Positions 13,675-24,367 of a DNA stretch of 64,000 nucleotides are shown here, piece after piece. Location: NCBI GenBank assembly GCA_964106915.2, contig OZ066924.1. One strand, 5' to 3'. Position 1 is the stretch's first letter, and each line of letters begins with the position of its first letter. A program made the position numbers and the translations under genes. The stretch is from Podarcis gaigeae. Taxonomy: Eukaryota. Under the pieces are notes generated by a model. That model was not told the DNA's origin, searched no databases, and saw nothing but the letters and a program-made list of their open reading frames with translations.

Positions 13675-13858
13675 CGCAGAGTTGTACAGTTGGAAGGGGT
13701 CCTGAGGGTCATCTAGTCTAACCCCCTGCAATGCAGGAACCTAAGCTAAAGTAACCATGACAGATGACCACCCAACCTCTGCTTAAAAACCTCCAAGGAA
13801 GGAGAGTCCACAACCTCCAGTGGGAGTCTGTTCCACTGTCAAACAGCTCTTACTGTCA
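13675..13858 (-). mobile_element. CR1 3'-end-derived repeat
   Basis: GTTGGAAGGG...CATCTAGTC.AACCCCCTGCAATGCAGG; inverse homologues at 1258-1355 and 33425-33495 with (ATTCTATG)n tail. Confidence 0.7.
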
Positions 13859-13901
13859 GTATAACATTGTTAAGTATAATGTCTGGAAAAGTTCATCATT
13901 A

Positions 13902-14127
13902 CAGTGGTACCTCGGGTTACAGACGCTTCAGGTTACAGACTCCGCTAACCCAGAAATAGTACCTCGGGTTAAGAACTTTGCTTCAGGATGACTACAGAAA
14001 TTGTGCTCTGGTGGTGCGGCAGCAGCAGGAGGCCCCATTAGCTAAAGTGGTGCTTCAGGTTAAGAACAGTTTCAGGTTAAGAACGGACCTCCGGAACGAA
14101 TTCAGTTCTTAACCCGAGGTACGACTG
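13902..14127. mobile_element. Tc1/mariner MITE
   Basis: TIRs CAGTGGTACCTCGGGTT...AACCCGAGGTACGACTG, TA flanks. Confidence 0.9.
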
Positions 14128-14165
14128 TAATTTGTATGCTCCATACATTTTCTGCTATTTAATTA

Positions 14166-14392
14166 CAGTGGTACCTTGGGTTAAGTACTTAATTTGTTCC
14201 GGAGGTCCGTTCTTAAGCTGAAACTGTTCTTAACCTGAGGTACCACTTTAGCTAATGGGGCCTCCCACTGCCGCTGCACGATTTCTGTTCTCATTCTGAG
14301 GTAAAGTTCTTAACCCGAGGTACTGTTTCTGGGTTAGTGGAGTCTGTAACCTGAAGCATCTGTAACCTGAAGTGTCTGTAACCCGAGGTACC
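14166..14392. mobile_element. Tc1/mariner MITE, opposite orientation, right TIR truncated
   Basis: Reverse complement of the 13902 copy; ends at ACCCGAGGTACC. Confidence 0.85.
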
Positions 14393-14524
14393 TTCAAGCA
14401 CTTACTAGTAACACTGCCTGGTTCCAAAAGACCAAGAAGGATGATATGAAGAGCCAATCTCCTTGGAGTAAAGAGTTCCACAATGCTGGTGCCACTGCTG
14501 AAAAGATTCTGTCCTAAGCAACTA

Positions 14525-14750
14525 CCCAGTCAAAGGCGACTCTGGGGTTGCGGCGCATGGAGCGCACGGAAACACCGTTTACCTTCCTGTCCCAACGGTA
14601 CCTATTTATCTACTTGCACTGGCGTGCTTTCAAACTGCTAGGTTGGCAGGAGCTGGGACAGAGCAAGCGAAGCTCACCTGTAGCGGGGATTCAAACCGCC
14701 AACCTTCTGATCGGCAAGCCCTAGGCTCAGTGGTTTAGACCACAGCACAA
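14525..14750 (-). mobile_element. Sauria SINE, internally deleted
   Basis: Shared core GGTACCTATTTATCTACTTGCAC...AACTGCTAGGTTGGCAGG. Confidence 0.8.
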
Positions 14751-15956
14751 CACTTGTGATGCCATGGAAAACTAGCGGTCTGTGATCAAATAATACACAC
14801 AGTCTGCTTGGGTGAGTTTGGTAGACTCTGAGCAGGGAGAGACAGCACCCAGACAAATGCAAACATACATAGCAAACAATCTGCCCAGAACAAAAGCTGT
14901 TGCAAAAGATTCTGTTAAACACCACGATGACAGTGGTTTTCTTCTTCAACTTTTAAAAAAATCCTCCCCTTCTTTATTGTTTCTTCCACTAGGATGGAAA
15001 ACAATGGCATTTTTCGTGTTTGTGTGTTTAAGTTGTAAATAATGACATATAAATTATATGAAGAGATCTTAGTAACAATGCAATAAATCAAAAAAGGTAA
15101 CTACAATTGTACAATGCAATAAAAAAAATACTTCTTTACATTGCAAATGAAGAATAAATTAAAACATTCTTGGGTGATTTCACGTTTCTAGAGCTACTTG
15201 GTCGCATCCTGAACTTCTTTACTGAGGCCACAACCCACTTAACTATGGGGCAGATCAATAACAACTCAAGGAAATGTCAATAAGGAGAAATAGATGGTGT
15301 GGAAGTCTATATTTAGCTGAGCACAACCTCCTTATGTTAGTTTTAAGCCACGTTTTCTCAGGAAAGCAGGTAACTTGTGAAAGTTATTATAGTTCTCTGC
15401 ATAGGAAAGTGGGAAATAATATCCTGGCCTTTCCTATCAACTGAAGACTTGATGGAATAAAACTGTCATCGATTTTATTATTCCCATTTACACCCTGCAT
15501 TTTGATCCTATCGGGGATCAAGGTAGCTGACATAGTTTTAGACAAAACTTGCAAAGATTACAAAACTACTTAACAGCAGTAGCCAATTAAAAACTCCCAC
15601 AACCAACAACACTCACTGTTCAAGGTAACGTCTGAAGACTCAAACCGGATGGCCAAAAGTTTGGAAGAACGAAACACTTCATAAGGTGTTCTTGAACTCC
15701 AGCTCCCATCAACCTCCAACCAATAGTCAGGGATTATGGGAGTCTAACAACATCTGGTGGGATACTGAACTCCCTACGATAAAGGGAGTTCCACAAGTAG
15801 AGCACCCAAAACTGAGAGGGGCAAAAGGCATCTAGCACACAGCCCAGCCTCTAATCTGGGAAGCATACAGAGCAGGATCCCACCCAAATAGCTCAACAAA
15901 CTTCATCTACATGGGAGGCGGGGGTGGGAAAAGCTCATATGAGTAAAGAGTGGGAT

Positions 15957-16301
15957 CAGGGCCGTCTTTAGCAGATGTAGTGCCGGAGTGCAAATATCTG
16001 CCCAGCTCCCCCAAATTACCGCAGATAGCGGGTGTGGGTGTGTGAAGTTGTGCACTGCCAGCCACTGGGGGGGGGGCGCAACTCCCTCCCATGCCACTGC
16101 GGGAGAGCAATCCCCGCAGAAACTTGGGAGAGAAGCTGCACGCCTGCCAGCCATATAGTTGGCGGGGCGCATCTGGCGCACATGCAGGGAAAGGGGAGGC
16201 CGCCCGGAAAGCCACGCAGCTCCCCCACTTGCTGGGGTGCCCCTGAGAGGCCGACGCCCTGGCACGACGCACCACTAAGCCCTATGGGAAAGACGTCTCT
16301 G
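15957..16301. mobile_element. GC-rich non-autonomous hAT element
   Basis: TIR CAGGGCCGTCTT/AAGACGTCTCTG; 8-bp TSD AGTGGGAT/AGTGGGAC. Confidence 0.8.
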
Positions 16302-16829
16302 AGTGGGACCTAAATTTCATGACCAAGAGAGGTGGTGACTGCTAAAAATCTGGCTGAAATTTCTGTGCACGCCTGTGACAACACAGATGCATGCAAGCAC
16401 TATCAGATAGCAGGTGTGGCTTTTGCATTTCACTGTTAACAGTCCGGGGGGGGGGGGGTCAGTGGCAGTGTACTTAAAGCGCAAAGCTTGGATGGTGCCC
16501 CTTATTCACTGGCAGAAAGAGGTAAAAAGAAGGGGCCAATTGTATCTCCAACTGGACAGAGGTTCATAACTGAGGTGCCTGTACAGGGAAAAACCTGCTA
16601 CACATCAGCATACAATAGGAAATGCCTAACGTCACGTCACCAGTAGGGCCTCCTCCGAAAATCTAAAAACCCAGGCTAGGACATCCGAAGAGAGTTGATC
16701 GATCAGGTATTTTGAACCCAATTACACTGAACTCTTCAGGCATTTGTGCACTCAAAACTGAAACTGGTAGCATATTGGCAGCAAGCACAGATCCCAAAAG
16801 GTTGGCGTTGTGTGTGGCTTTACTTTGAG

Positions 16830-16958
16830 ATACTGTGCAGCAGCTGGGCTACAGCATTCTGTACTAGCTGAAGCTTCTAGGTCCTCTTTAAGGGAAGCCC
16901 CACATAGAGTACACTGCAGGGATCGAAATGCGACATTACCAGGGCATGGATTACAGAC
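16830..16958 (-). mobile_element. Old L2-type LINE ORF2 remnant (host of the Penelope insertion)
   Basis: Minus strand translates as FDPCSVLYVGLPLKRT*KLQLVQNAVAQLL, matching the L2 motif LDYCN.LY.GLP...KLQ.VQNAAA. Confidence 0.7.
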
Positions 16959-17061
16959 CAGGTTATCTTGTTACAGATGGGTAGCCGTGTTGGTCTGCCA
17001 TAGTCAAAACAAAAAAAATTCCTTCCAGTAGCACCTTAAAGACCAACTAAGTCAGTTCTTG

Positions 17062-17099
17062 GTATGAGCTTTCGTGTGCATGCACACTTCTTCAGATAC
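17062..17099 (-). ncRNA. Mirror hammerhead motif on the PTCH1 sense strand
   Basis: Exact reverse-complement copy of the core, with a 4-bp stem I (GTAT/ATAC). Predicted cleavage after minus-strand C at 17066. Confidence 0.7.
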
Positions 17100-17141
17100 T
17101 GGTATCTGAAGAAGTGTGCATGCACACGAAAGCTCATACCA
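17100..17141 (+). ncRNA. Minimal type I hammerhead ribozyme motif (+ strand)
   Basis: Stem I TGGTAT/ATACCA; core CTGAAGA; extra A; stem II GTGTG-CATG-CACAC; GAAA; palindromic mini stem III (AGCT); UH = TC, with predicted cleavage after 17135. Confidence 0.8.
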
Positions 17142-17394
17142 AGAACTGACTTAGTTGGTCTTGAAGGTGCTACTGGAAGGAATTTTTTTTGTTCAGGTTA
17201 TCTTGGTCAAGGAACAGCCATAGCTGATAAATTAGACAGAACTAAGAATCAACATTCCCAGCTACTGAAACCATTGGACTTCATGTGATAGCTTGGAACC
17301 CAGGACTATTCCCAAGGGATACATCTGTTCTTTCCAGTGTGAGCGCAACTCCCATCTTGTCAGGATTCAATGCCAGTGTAGAGGTCATTTAGAG

Positions 17395-17720
17395 CAGTGT
17401 TTTTCAACCACTGTTCCACGGCACACTAGTGTGCCGCGAGATGTTGCCTGGTGTGCCGTGGGAAAAATTGAAAAATTCTAAAGATTTAAAAATAAAGTAT
17501 TTTATAATTTTTCGTATTTCTGTTTACTTACTATTTCATAATAAAGTAATTATAAAATACTTTCTTTGTGTTTATTTGATTCCCATTCAAGAGAATTACT
17601 TTATATATAGTCAATATAGGCACAGAGTTAAATTTTTTAACATTTTATAATGGTGGTGTGCCTCATGATTTTTTTCACGAAATAAGTGTGCCTTTGCCCA
17701 AAAAAGGTTGAAAAACACTG
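17395..17720. mobile_element. Non-autonomous hAT-Charlie-like element
   Basis: Perfect TIR CAGTGTTTTTCAACC; perfect 8-bp TSD ATTTAGAG. Confidence 0.92.
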
Positions 17721-19671
17721 ATTTAGAGCATGTTTTGCCAACCAGGTAACCCTCCAGAAGTTGTTGGACTACAATTCCCATTAGTCCCAGCCAGCTATGT
17801 AGTCCTACAACATCTGCAGAGCACCAGGGTGGCAAAGATGATTTAGAGAAATAACTAGATACTCCTTGAGACAACACTGCAGATGTTCTCATCTTCACGG
17901 CTGCAGCAGAGGAAAAAGCTAAGTAAGCATGCCGAGGTGTCTTGCTAATGTACAAGTCTTCATCTTGACAGGTTATATAAGTTATACGCCTATCGTAATA
18001 GCATTTTGAGGGTCTCATTCCTGGCAATGGGCAGGTTGGAATGTTACTGGTTTCCATTAAAATTTGCCACACCGCCTCACCCAAAAGGATACGACTGTAA
18101 AAGACAGCATGTGAACTGTTCTGGGTCCAAGCTGTTTGTCTCTGGGACCACAGCAGCAGCCACCCTTTCAACCTCTATGCACATTAAAAACATACTCAGT
18201 TAGTTCCTGGGAGTTCCTGGCTGCAACGTTCCCTGGCAGATCCATTCCCCTACAATGACATCAGTAGGCTTTGAATTTTGCCAGGGAGCGGGGGTGGGAG
18301 GACCCAGTCATTACCTCAGAACGCTCTGATCTAGGAAAGAGCCTTCGAGATACAGAAGACTAACACGTTGGTCTGTCCACCAGAACTGAGGTGCAAGCTA
18401 GATGTGTGGGACGATCACACACATCTTTCGCGCGCATGCCCCATGGACATTTAAAGCAGAGGTGGGGGCCTAGATCCCACTGCTTTTTCGTGGTTTATGC
18501 CCAACTCCTGTACAGGAAATGTGCTAGGCAGGTTCAAAAATTTCTGAAAGCAGCAGAGCACAATGAGGAAAGGTCAGTGAAAGTGTCACGTTCTGCACAC
18601 TTGTCACACTTGTCCCCACAACACACACACACCCCTTTGTGTGTGGATACATGCTTAAAGATACACGATTATCCCACACCACACAACTAATCCCGGCCTT
18701 CAACTAACCTGAGACTCCGCTATACGGCTCAAATAAAATGTTTTAAGTGTGTTTTAAGTGCAATACACAATGTGGCACTAGATGGCGATGGTGAGCCTTA
18801 TAGAAAATTCAATGTATTTTTAAAAACACTTTTTTTAAAAAAAGCATTTTCAGAACGGTTTTTATATGTTCCATCCTGGATGACCCTGCTCATGCAAAGG
18901 CATCTTGCTGCTGAAATAATGGTGGAAATTTATCTTGTATTAGGACAGCGTACATATAAATGCCCTTTCTAGCCAATAGACAATGGTATCTGGAGGGCAG
19001 TTTGTTAAATGCTAACCCTCTCCTCTACAATCAGCACAAACAACGATAACTGTGATGTGGACACCTGCCCAGAAAAAGTTGCATTATTTCTCAGACCCTT
19101 GAACAGCTGCCAGGTGCCAGCAGCTTCTAGTCATTTCTAACCTGAGGCATATTTGAACTCGTGACCTAGAGGTGAAAGGCTCTGTATATCCTATTACCAA
19201 GCCCTAGGCCACACTCTGAACCTCACCGGTACATAAAAACTGTTTTAAAACACCAAGCACCACACACAATAGTAAATTACATTTGATTGTAAAGGAGTAG
19301 CAAAAAGCTGACTCACAGAATAGGGCTAAACTCTTAACAATCATTTGAAATGTCCCGGTTGCCATTGCTTTTCCAGAAATGTTAAGTGTTGAATAACTGC
19401 TCCTTTGTATTGGCATTCTTCCATTCTTCATCGTCTTCACTGACATACTTCTAGATGCCTCACAAATCTTATCATTTATGATGGTATAAACAAAACAGGG
19501 CCATCTCCAGGAGTTATTGGTGCCCTGAAATAATTGTGGAGCACAGTGCAACACCACCCTAAAAGTCTAACATTTTAATGCACATACTGTGCGAGACTGG
19601 AAACTCATAACTGCTGCCTCCTGCCTTGTTTTCTCTGGGGCGCAAGCCTGGATAGTGTGCATTTCACATGA

Positions 19672-19673
19672 TA

Positions 19674-19728
<55 letters not shown>

Positions 19729-20008
19729 TATTTATACTCCGCCCCTCTGGCTGGGTTTCCCCAGCCACTCTGGGCGGTTTCCAACAGAATATTAAAAGAC
19801 AATAACCTGTTAAACATTAAAAACTTCCCTAAACAGGGCTGCCTTCAGATGTCTTCTAAACGTTTGGTAGTTGTTTTTCTCTTAGACATCTGGTGGGAGG
19901 GCATGCCACAGGGCGGGCGCCACTACCGAGAAGGCCCTCTGCCTGGTTCCCTGTAACTTGGCTTCTTGCAGCGAGGGAACCGCCAGAAGGCCCTCGGCGC
20001 TGGACCTC
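19672..20008 (-). mobile_element. L2-type LINE 3' end
   Basis: RAFSVVAPALWHALP on the minus strand; (TAT)n tail. Confidence 0.85.
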
Positions 20009-20908
20009 ATCTCTCTGCCTCTGTTCTTGTCATAGTGTAGATTTTGGAAGAGGATGGGAAGCATGGAATGCCTTTATAGATGCAAGATTTTGTTTTTAAA
20101 TGGGTGACGGACCCATCTCCACCCATTCCCTTATAACTTAACAGCCCAGAAAACCTGCTTGCAGAATGCTTTACAGTACCAGTTTGGTTTTAGGTGAAGC
20201 CATTGGGCTGTTTCTTTCTAGACTAGAGAGAACATCCAGAGAATGTCCTTATGGCCACTGCAATAATTCCAGAGCTAATACAGAGTTGCATTAAAGACAG
20301 TAAACACCTCTAAAACACCTGCCTCGAAAAGGCTCATAGTCATAGGTTTCAGACTTTATGTTAACCCAACCCTCCCTCCCATTGTTACATGTATAACGCC
20401 TTCCTGAATAAGACGGGTAGACGTGGGTTTTTGAGGGTTAGGCATTGGTTTAAAATTAGTACTAGAGAGTCTGCACATCAAAAACATGTGGATATATGGA
20501 TATGGCCAATCCTTAGACATTGTTTCCTTGGGGCAGGCTTACAACTCCCATGATCCCTAGCTAGCAGGACCAATGGTCAGGGATGATGGGAATTGTAGTC
20601 TCAAAACATCTGGAGGGCCGAATTTGTGGAGAGTTAGACATTGGTTAACAATCTCTCTCAGTCTTTCACTTTCTGAAGGACAAATGTCAGACAGAGAGAA
20701 AATAATGTCCTCATGAGCTGCTGTTTTGAAGCGTTCTGAAGGCATTTGGCTGGGCACCACTACAGAGGGCTGAACTAGATAAAACAAGACCCAACTGGCG
20801 GTGTCCTAGAGCCCACTTGAGAAAAAGGAGTTGCCAAAGGTCGCAAACTGGACTGAGATTCAGCCCCAAAGACCTAACCACTCATTTTAACCCAGTTTTC
20901 TGCTCCAG

Positions 20909-21226
20909 TAGAGCCTAGGACTTGCCGATCAGAAGGTCGGCGCGGCGGTGCGAATCCCCGCGACGGGGTGAGCTCCCATTGCTCAGTCCCTGCTCCTGCC
21001 AACCTAGCAGTTCGAAAGCATGTCAAAGTGCAAGTAGATAAATAGGTACCGCTCTAAACGGTGTTTCCGTGCGCTGCTCTGGTTCGCCAGAAGTGGCTTA
21101 GTCATGCTGGCCACATGACCTGGAAGCTGTACGCCGGCTCCCTTGGCCAATAAAGCAAGATGAGCACTGCCACCCCAGAGTTGGCCACGACTGGACCTAA
21201 TGGTCAGGGGTCCCTTTACCTTTACC
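20909..21226 (+). mobile_element. Sauria SINE
   Basis: Core plus (ACCTTT)n tail. Confidence 0.88.
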
Positions 21227-21889
21227 TAGAAACCCATTTCACATGAGGCAAAGTGGGGATGCTAAAAGACTTGAGCCCAAGGCAAAGAGGATGGAGACAG
21301 GGAGAGTCTGGTGCCCAACTTCTCCATTTTCTCTGTGAGCAAACTGAAAGTGTATCAAGGCCCCCAGCAAAGGTGAAGGGGCTCTTGGTGGGACATAGAG
21401 CCCCGTGACAACTAGAAACCTCTGCACAAGTGTGGTAGATTCATTGTTGCCCAAGGATGGCTCTAAGTTGTTCGGGGCCATGATGGGCTTACACAAAGGA
21501 TGAGAACGAGAAGTGTTCAGACAGCGAAGTTAACGTGTGGGTCTGGGGGAGGACTGCATGAAATCCACTCCCAGCACTGATGCACACAGTGGCTGCATAA
21601 CCTGCTAACTTCATTTCCAGCTGACATGAAGGAGCTCTATGCTCAAACTTCAGTTACAAGCACAGAGCTACACCGAGTAAGGGGGGCCCTGGTTCAATCT
21701 GGGCTCTTCCTCCTGTGGAGAAGGGGGGGCCACAGGCTTGGTGGGTCAATGCAGGCTTCCAGGCCTCCTGGCACTCTCCCCAGGCCCTACCCCTAACCAG
21801 CTGTGTTGCAATCCCTTTTCAAGTGCTTTTGCCCAGGAGGAATTTGTCCCTGATGTGCAATTATACCTCCTGCTTTCCTTGATGGGGAA

Positions 21890-22282
21890 TGGTAAAAGGC
21901 AAAAAAGTCAAGGATCCCTGGATGGTTAAGTCCTGTCAAAGGCGACTATGGGGTTTCGGCACTCATCTCGCTTTTCAGGCCAAGGAAGCTGCCGTTTGTC
22001 CACCGACAGCTTTCCGGGTCATGTGGCCAGCATGACTAAACCGCCTCTGGCGCAACGGGACACCATGACAGAAACCAGAGCGCACGGAAACGCTATTTAC
22101 CTTCCCAACGCAGGGGTACCTATTTATCTACTTGCACTGGTGTGCTTTCAAACTGCTAGGTTGGCAGAAGCTGGGACAGAGCAACGGGAGCTCACCCCGT
22201 CATGGGGATTCGAACTACCAACCTTCTGATTAGCAAGCCCAAGAGGCTCAGTGGTTTAGATCACAGTGCCACCCGCATCCCT
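21890..22282 (-). mobile_element. Sauria SINE
   Basis: Full-length homology to the other copies. Confidence 0.88.
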
Positions 22283-22624
22283 GATGGTGAATGTGTAGGC
22301 ACCCAAAATTCTGGCTTGTATATGACTGCAATGCAGCCTACGGTGAAAAGGACAGCAGCCACATCCATTGCCCTGCCTATGTTTTGCCTCGGGGCCATGC
22401 CCACCATTGACATGTCCCCCCCCTGAAAGTTTCCCATTAGGAAATGCAGCCCTCGGGCTGAAAAGGGTTCCCTGCCCCTGATCTACAGGTATACTGATAC
22501 ACACTGGATAAATCTCTTTGCACTGATAAGCAGACTGGCATGGGTGTTATCATACAGGGGCAGTTGGGTTGTATGATGCCTGATGCTGGCACATTTTGAT
22601 ACAAGCAATAAAGGCGTCATAATA

Positions 22625-22877
22625 GAAGAGGAGGAGGAGTTTGGATTTGATATCGTGCTTTATCACTACCTGAAGGAGTCTCAAAGCGGCTAACATTCTC
22701 CTTTCCCTTCCTCCCCCACAACAAACACTCTGTGAGGTGAGTGAGGCTGAGAGACTTCAGAGAAGTGTGACTAGCCTAAGGTCACCCAGCAGCTGCAGGT
22801 GGAGGAGCAGGGAATCGAACCCAGTTCACCAGATTACGAGACTACCGCTCTTAACCACTACACCACACTGGCTCTCA
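22625..22877 (-). mobile_element. tRNA-derived squamate SINE (Squam3-like)
   Basis: Head GTGGTGTAGTGGTTAAGAGC...GGTTCGATTCCC (A/B boxes) on the minus strand; (CTC/CTT)n tail. Confidence 0.8.
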
Positions 22878-23902
22878 TACGACTGGCTCTCTAATACGAT
22901 GATGATTCTCATGGAGCAGTTATAAATCATGGGTTCCATTTCTTTAGTACAACAGTAGGGGCAGAAATCTAACATTTTGACCAAAAATAAGTTCCATATG
23001 TGGTAGAGAGAATTAATACAAATTGCTCTAATCCCTCCTTGTTGTCGATGAGACTTCTTTGTCCAGAAAACAGAGGATCACGTTCTAATGCTTTAAATAA
23101 TGGTATAATATAGTATTTGTACATTTGCTCTTGAAAACGGGACCTCCAAGCGCAAATTGTCTACCGAGTAAAACTTTTCATTAGCTACTGGGAGAATTTA
23201 GAGTAAATAAGGATTAATCCTTTCTTCCATATATGAAATTCACACAGAGAAACACATATATCACTCTGGAGGAATAACAGGAAAAATGCTGCTTTGTCCC
23301 ATAGCAATAAGCTGCTCTCCCTAGACTGAGCTTCGCAGTTAACCTCTGAATGGCCCTTCTGTGAATGTGTAATTGTTTTCCTGAGTGGTTAAGAACAGTA
23401 GTTGTTTTTGTTTTGTTTGTTTTTTAAAAAAACAAAGCTATTTTCATTGGGACACTTCTAGGGAAAAAGCAGATGTTTGTGACAATGTATTTTTTTTAAA
23501 AAAATGCAGAATATCTGAGTAGAATAAACAAAACTTCATTTTTAGGTTAAAACACACACAGACACACTTCAAAACAGAGGAAAACTTAATATCCAGGCAA
23601 ACGAAGGAGAATGAACATATTACGGAACAAGGTACAGTTTCTTTCAAGTATTCTATGCCAGCTGCTTGCTGTACCATCTGTTGTTGCCTAAGCAGCTTCT
23701 TTCTGAGTGGCTTTGAAGCAGAACTGCTCTCACTGTTGGACACAATCAGGTCAGGTCAGCCGTCCACCCCCCCCCTACTCCCTACTCCCTACCCCCACCC
23801 CCAAACCTGCAGCCTCTCACAGTTTCCCTCCATCTTGATATTTCTTCCTGGACACCAGCTCCCAGGATGGAGCTGCCTCGGTCAAGGCACCTATTTCTCA
23901 CG

Positions 23903-23938
<36 letters not shown>

Positions 23939-24141
23939 CCAATATATATATAACCAATGACGTTTGCTTGTGCGTTACGTAATGCAAAATGCAATATGGA
24001 AATCCTTTTTCAGAAGCACTGCAAGCAAGGGAGTCTAGTTTTCCAATGCGTTCATGGGACGGGGGCGGCGGCATTGGTTCGCTTTAATGTTCGCTTTATT
24101 AGTATATGTGCTGCCGAAGCGAGCACTTTATGTTTGCTTTA

Positions 24142-24367
24142 CAGTGGTACCTCGGGTTACATACGCTTCAGGTTACAGACTCCGCTAACCCAGAAATAGT
24201 GCTTCAGGTTAAGAACTTTGCTTCAGGATGAGAACAGAAATTGTGCTCCGGCGGCGCGGCGGCGGCAGGAGGTCCCATTAGCTAAAGTGGTGCTTCAGGT
24301 TAAGAACAGTTTCGGGTTAAGAACGGTCCTCCGGAACGAATTAAGTACTTAACCCGAGGTACCACTG
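24142..24367. mobile_element. Tc1/mariner MITE
   Basis: Perfect TIRs, TA TSD. Confidence 0.9.

Larger units (their letters stand above)
16971..17193. mobile_element. Penelope-like element terminal fragment with inverted duplication
   Basis: Starts TTACAGATGGGTAGCCGTGTTGGTCTG (resembles a squamate Penelope terminus). 12-bp TSD CAGGTTATCTTG at 16959-16970 and 17194-17205; inverted arms 17008-17099 and 17102-17193. Confidence 0.85.

Noticed and set aside
15903-16313. GC-rich island with overlapping ORFs in intron 2
   Set aside because: Falls almost entirely within a hAT element (15957-16301).
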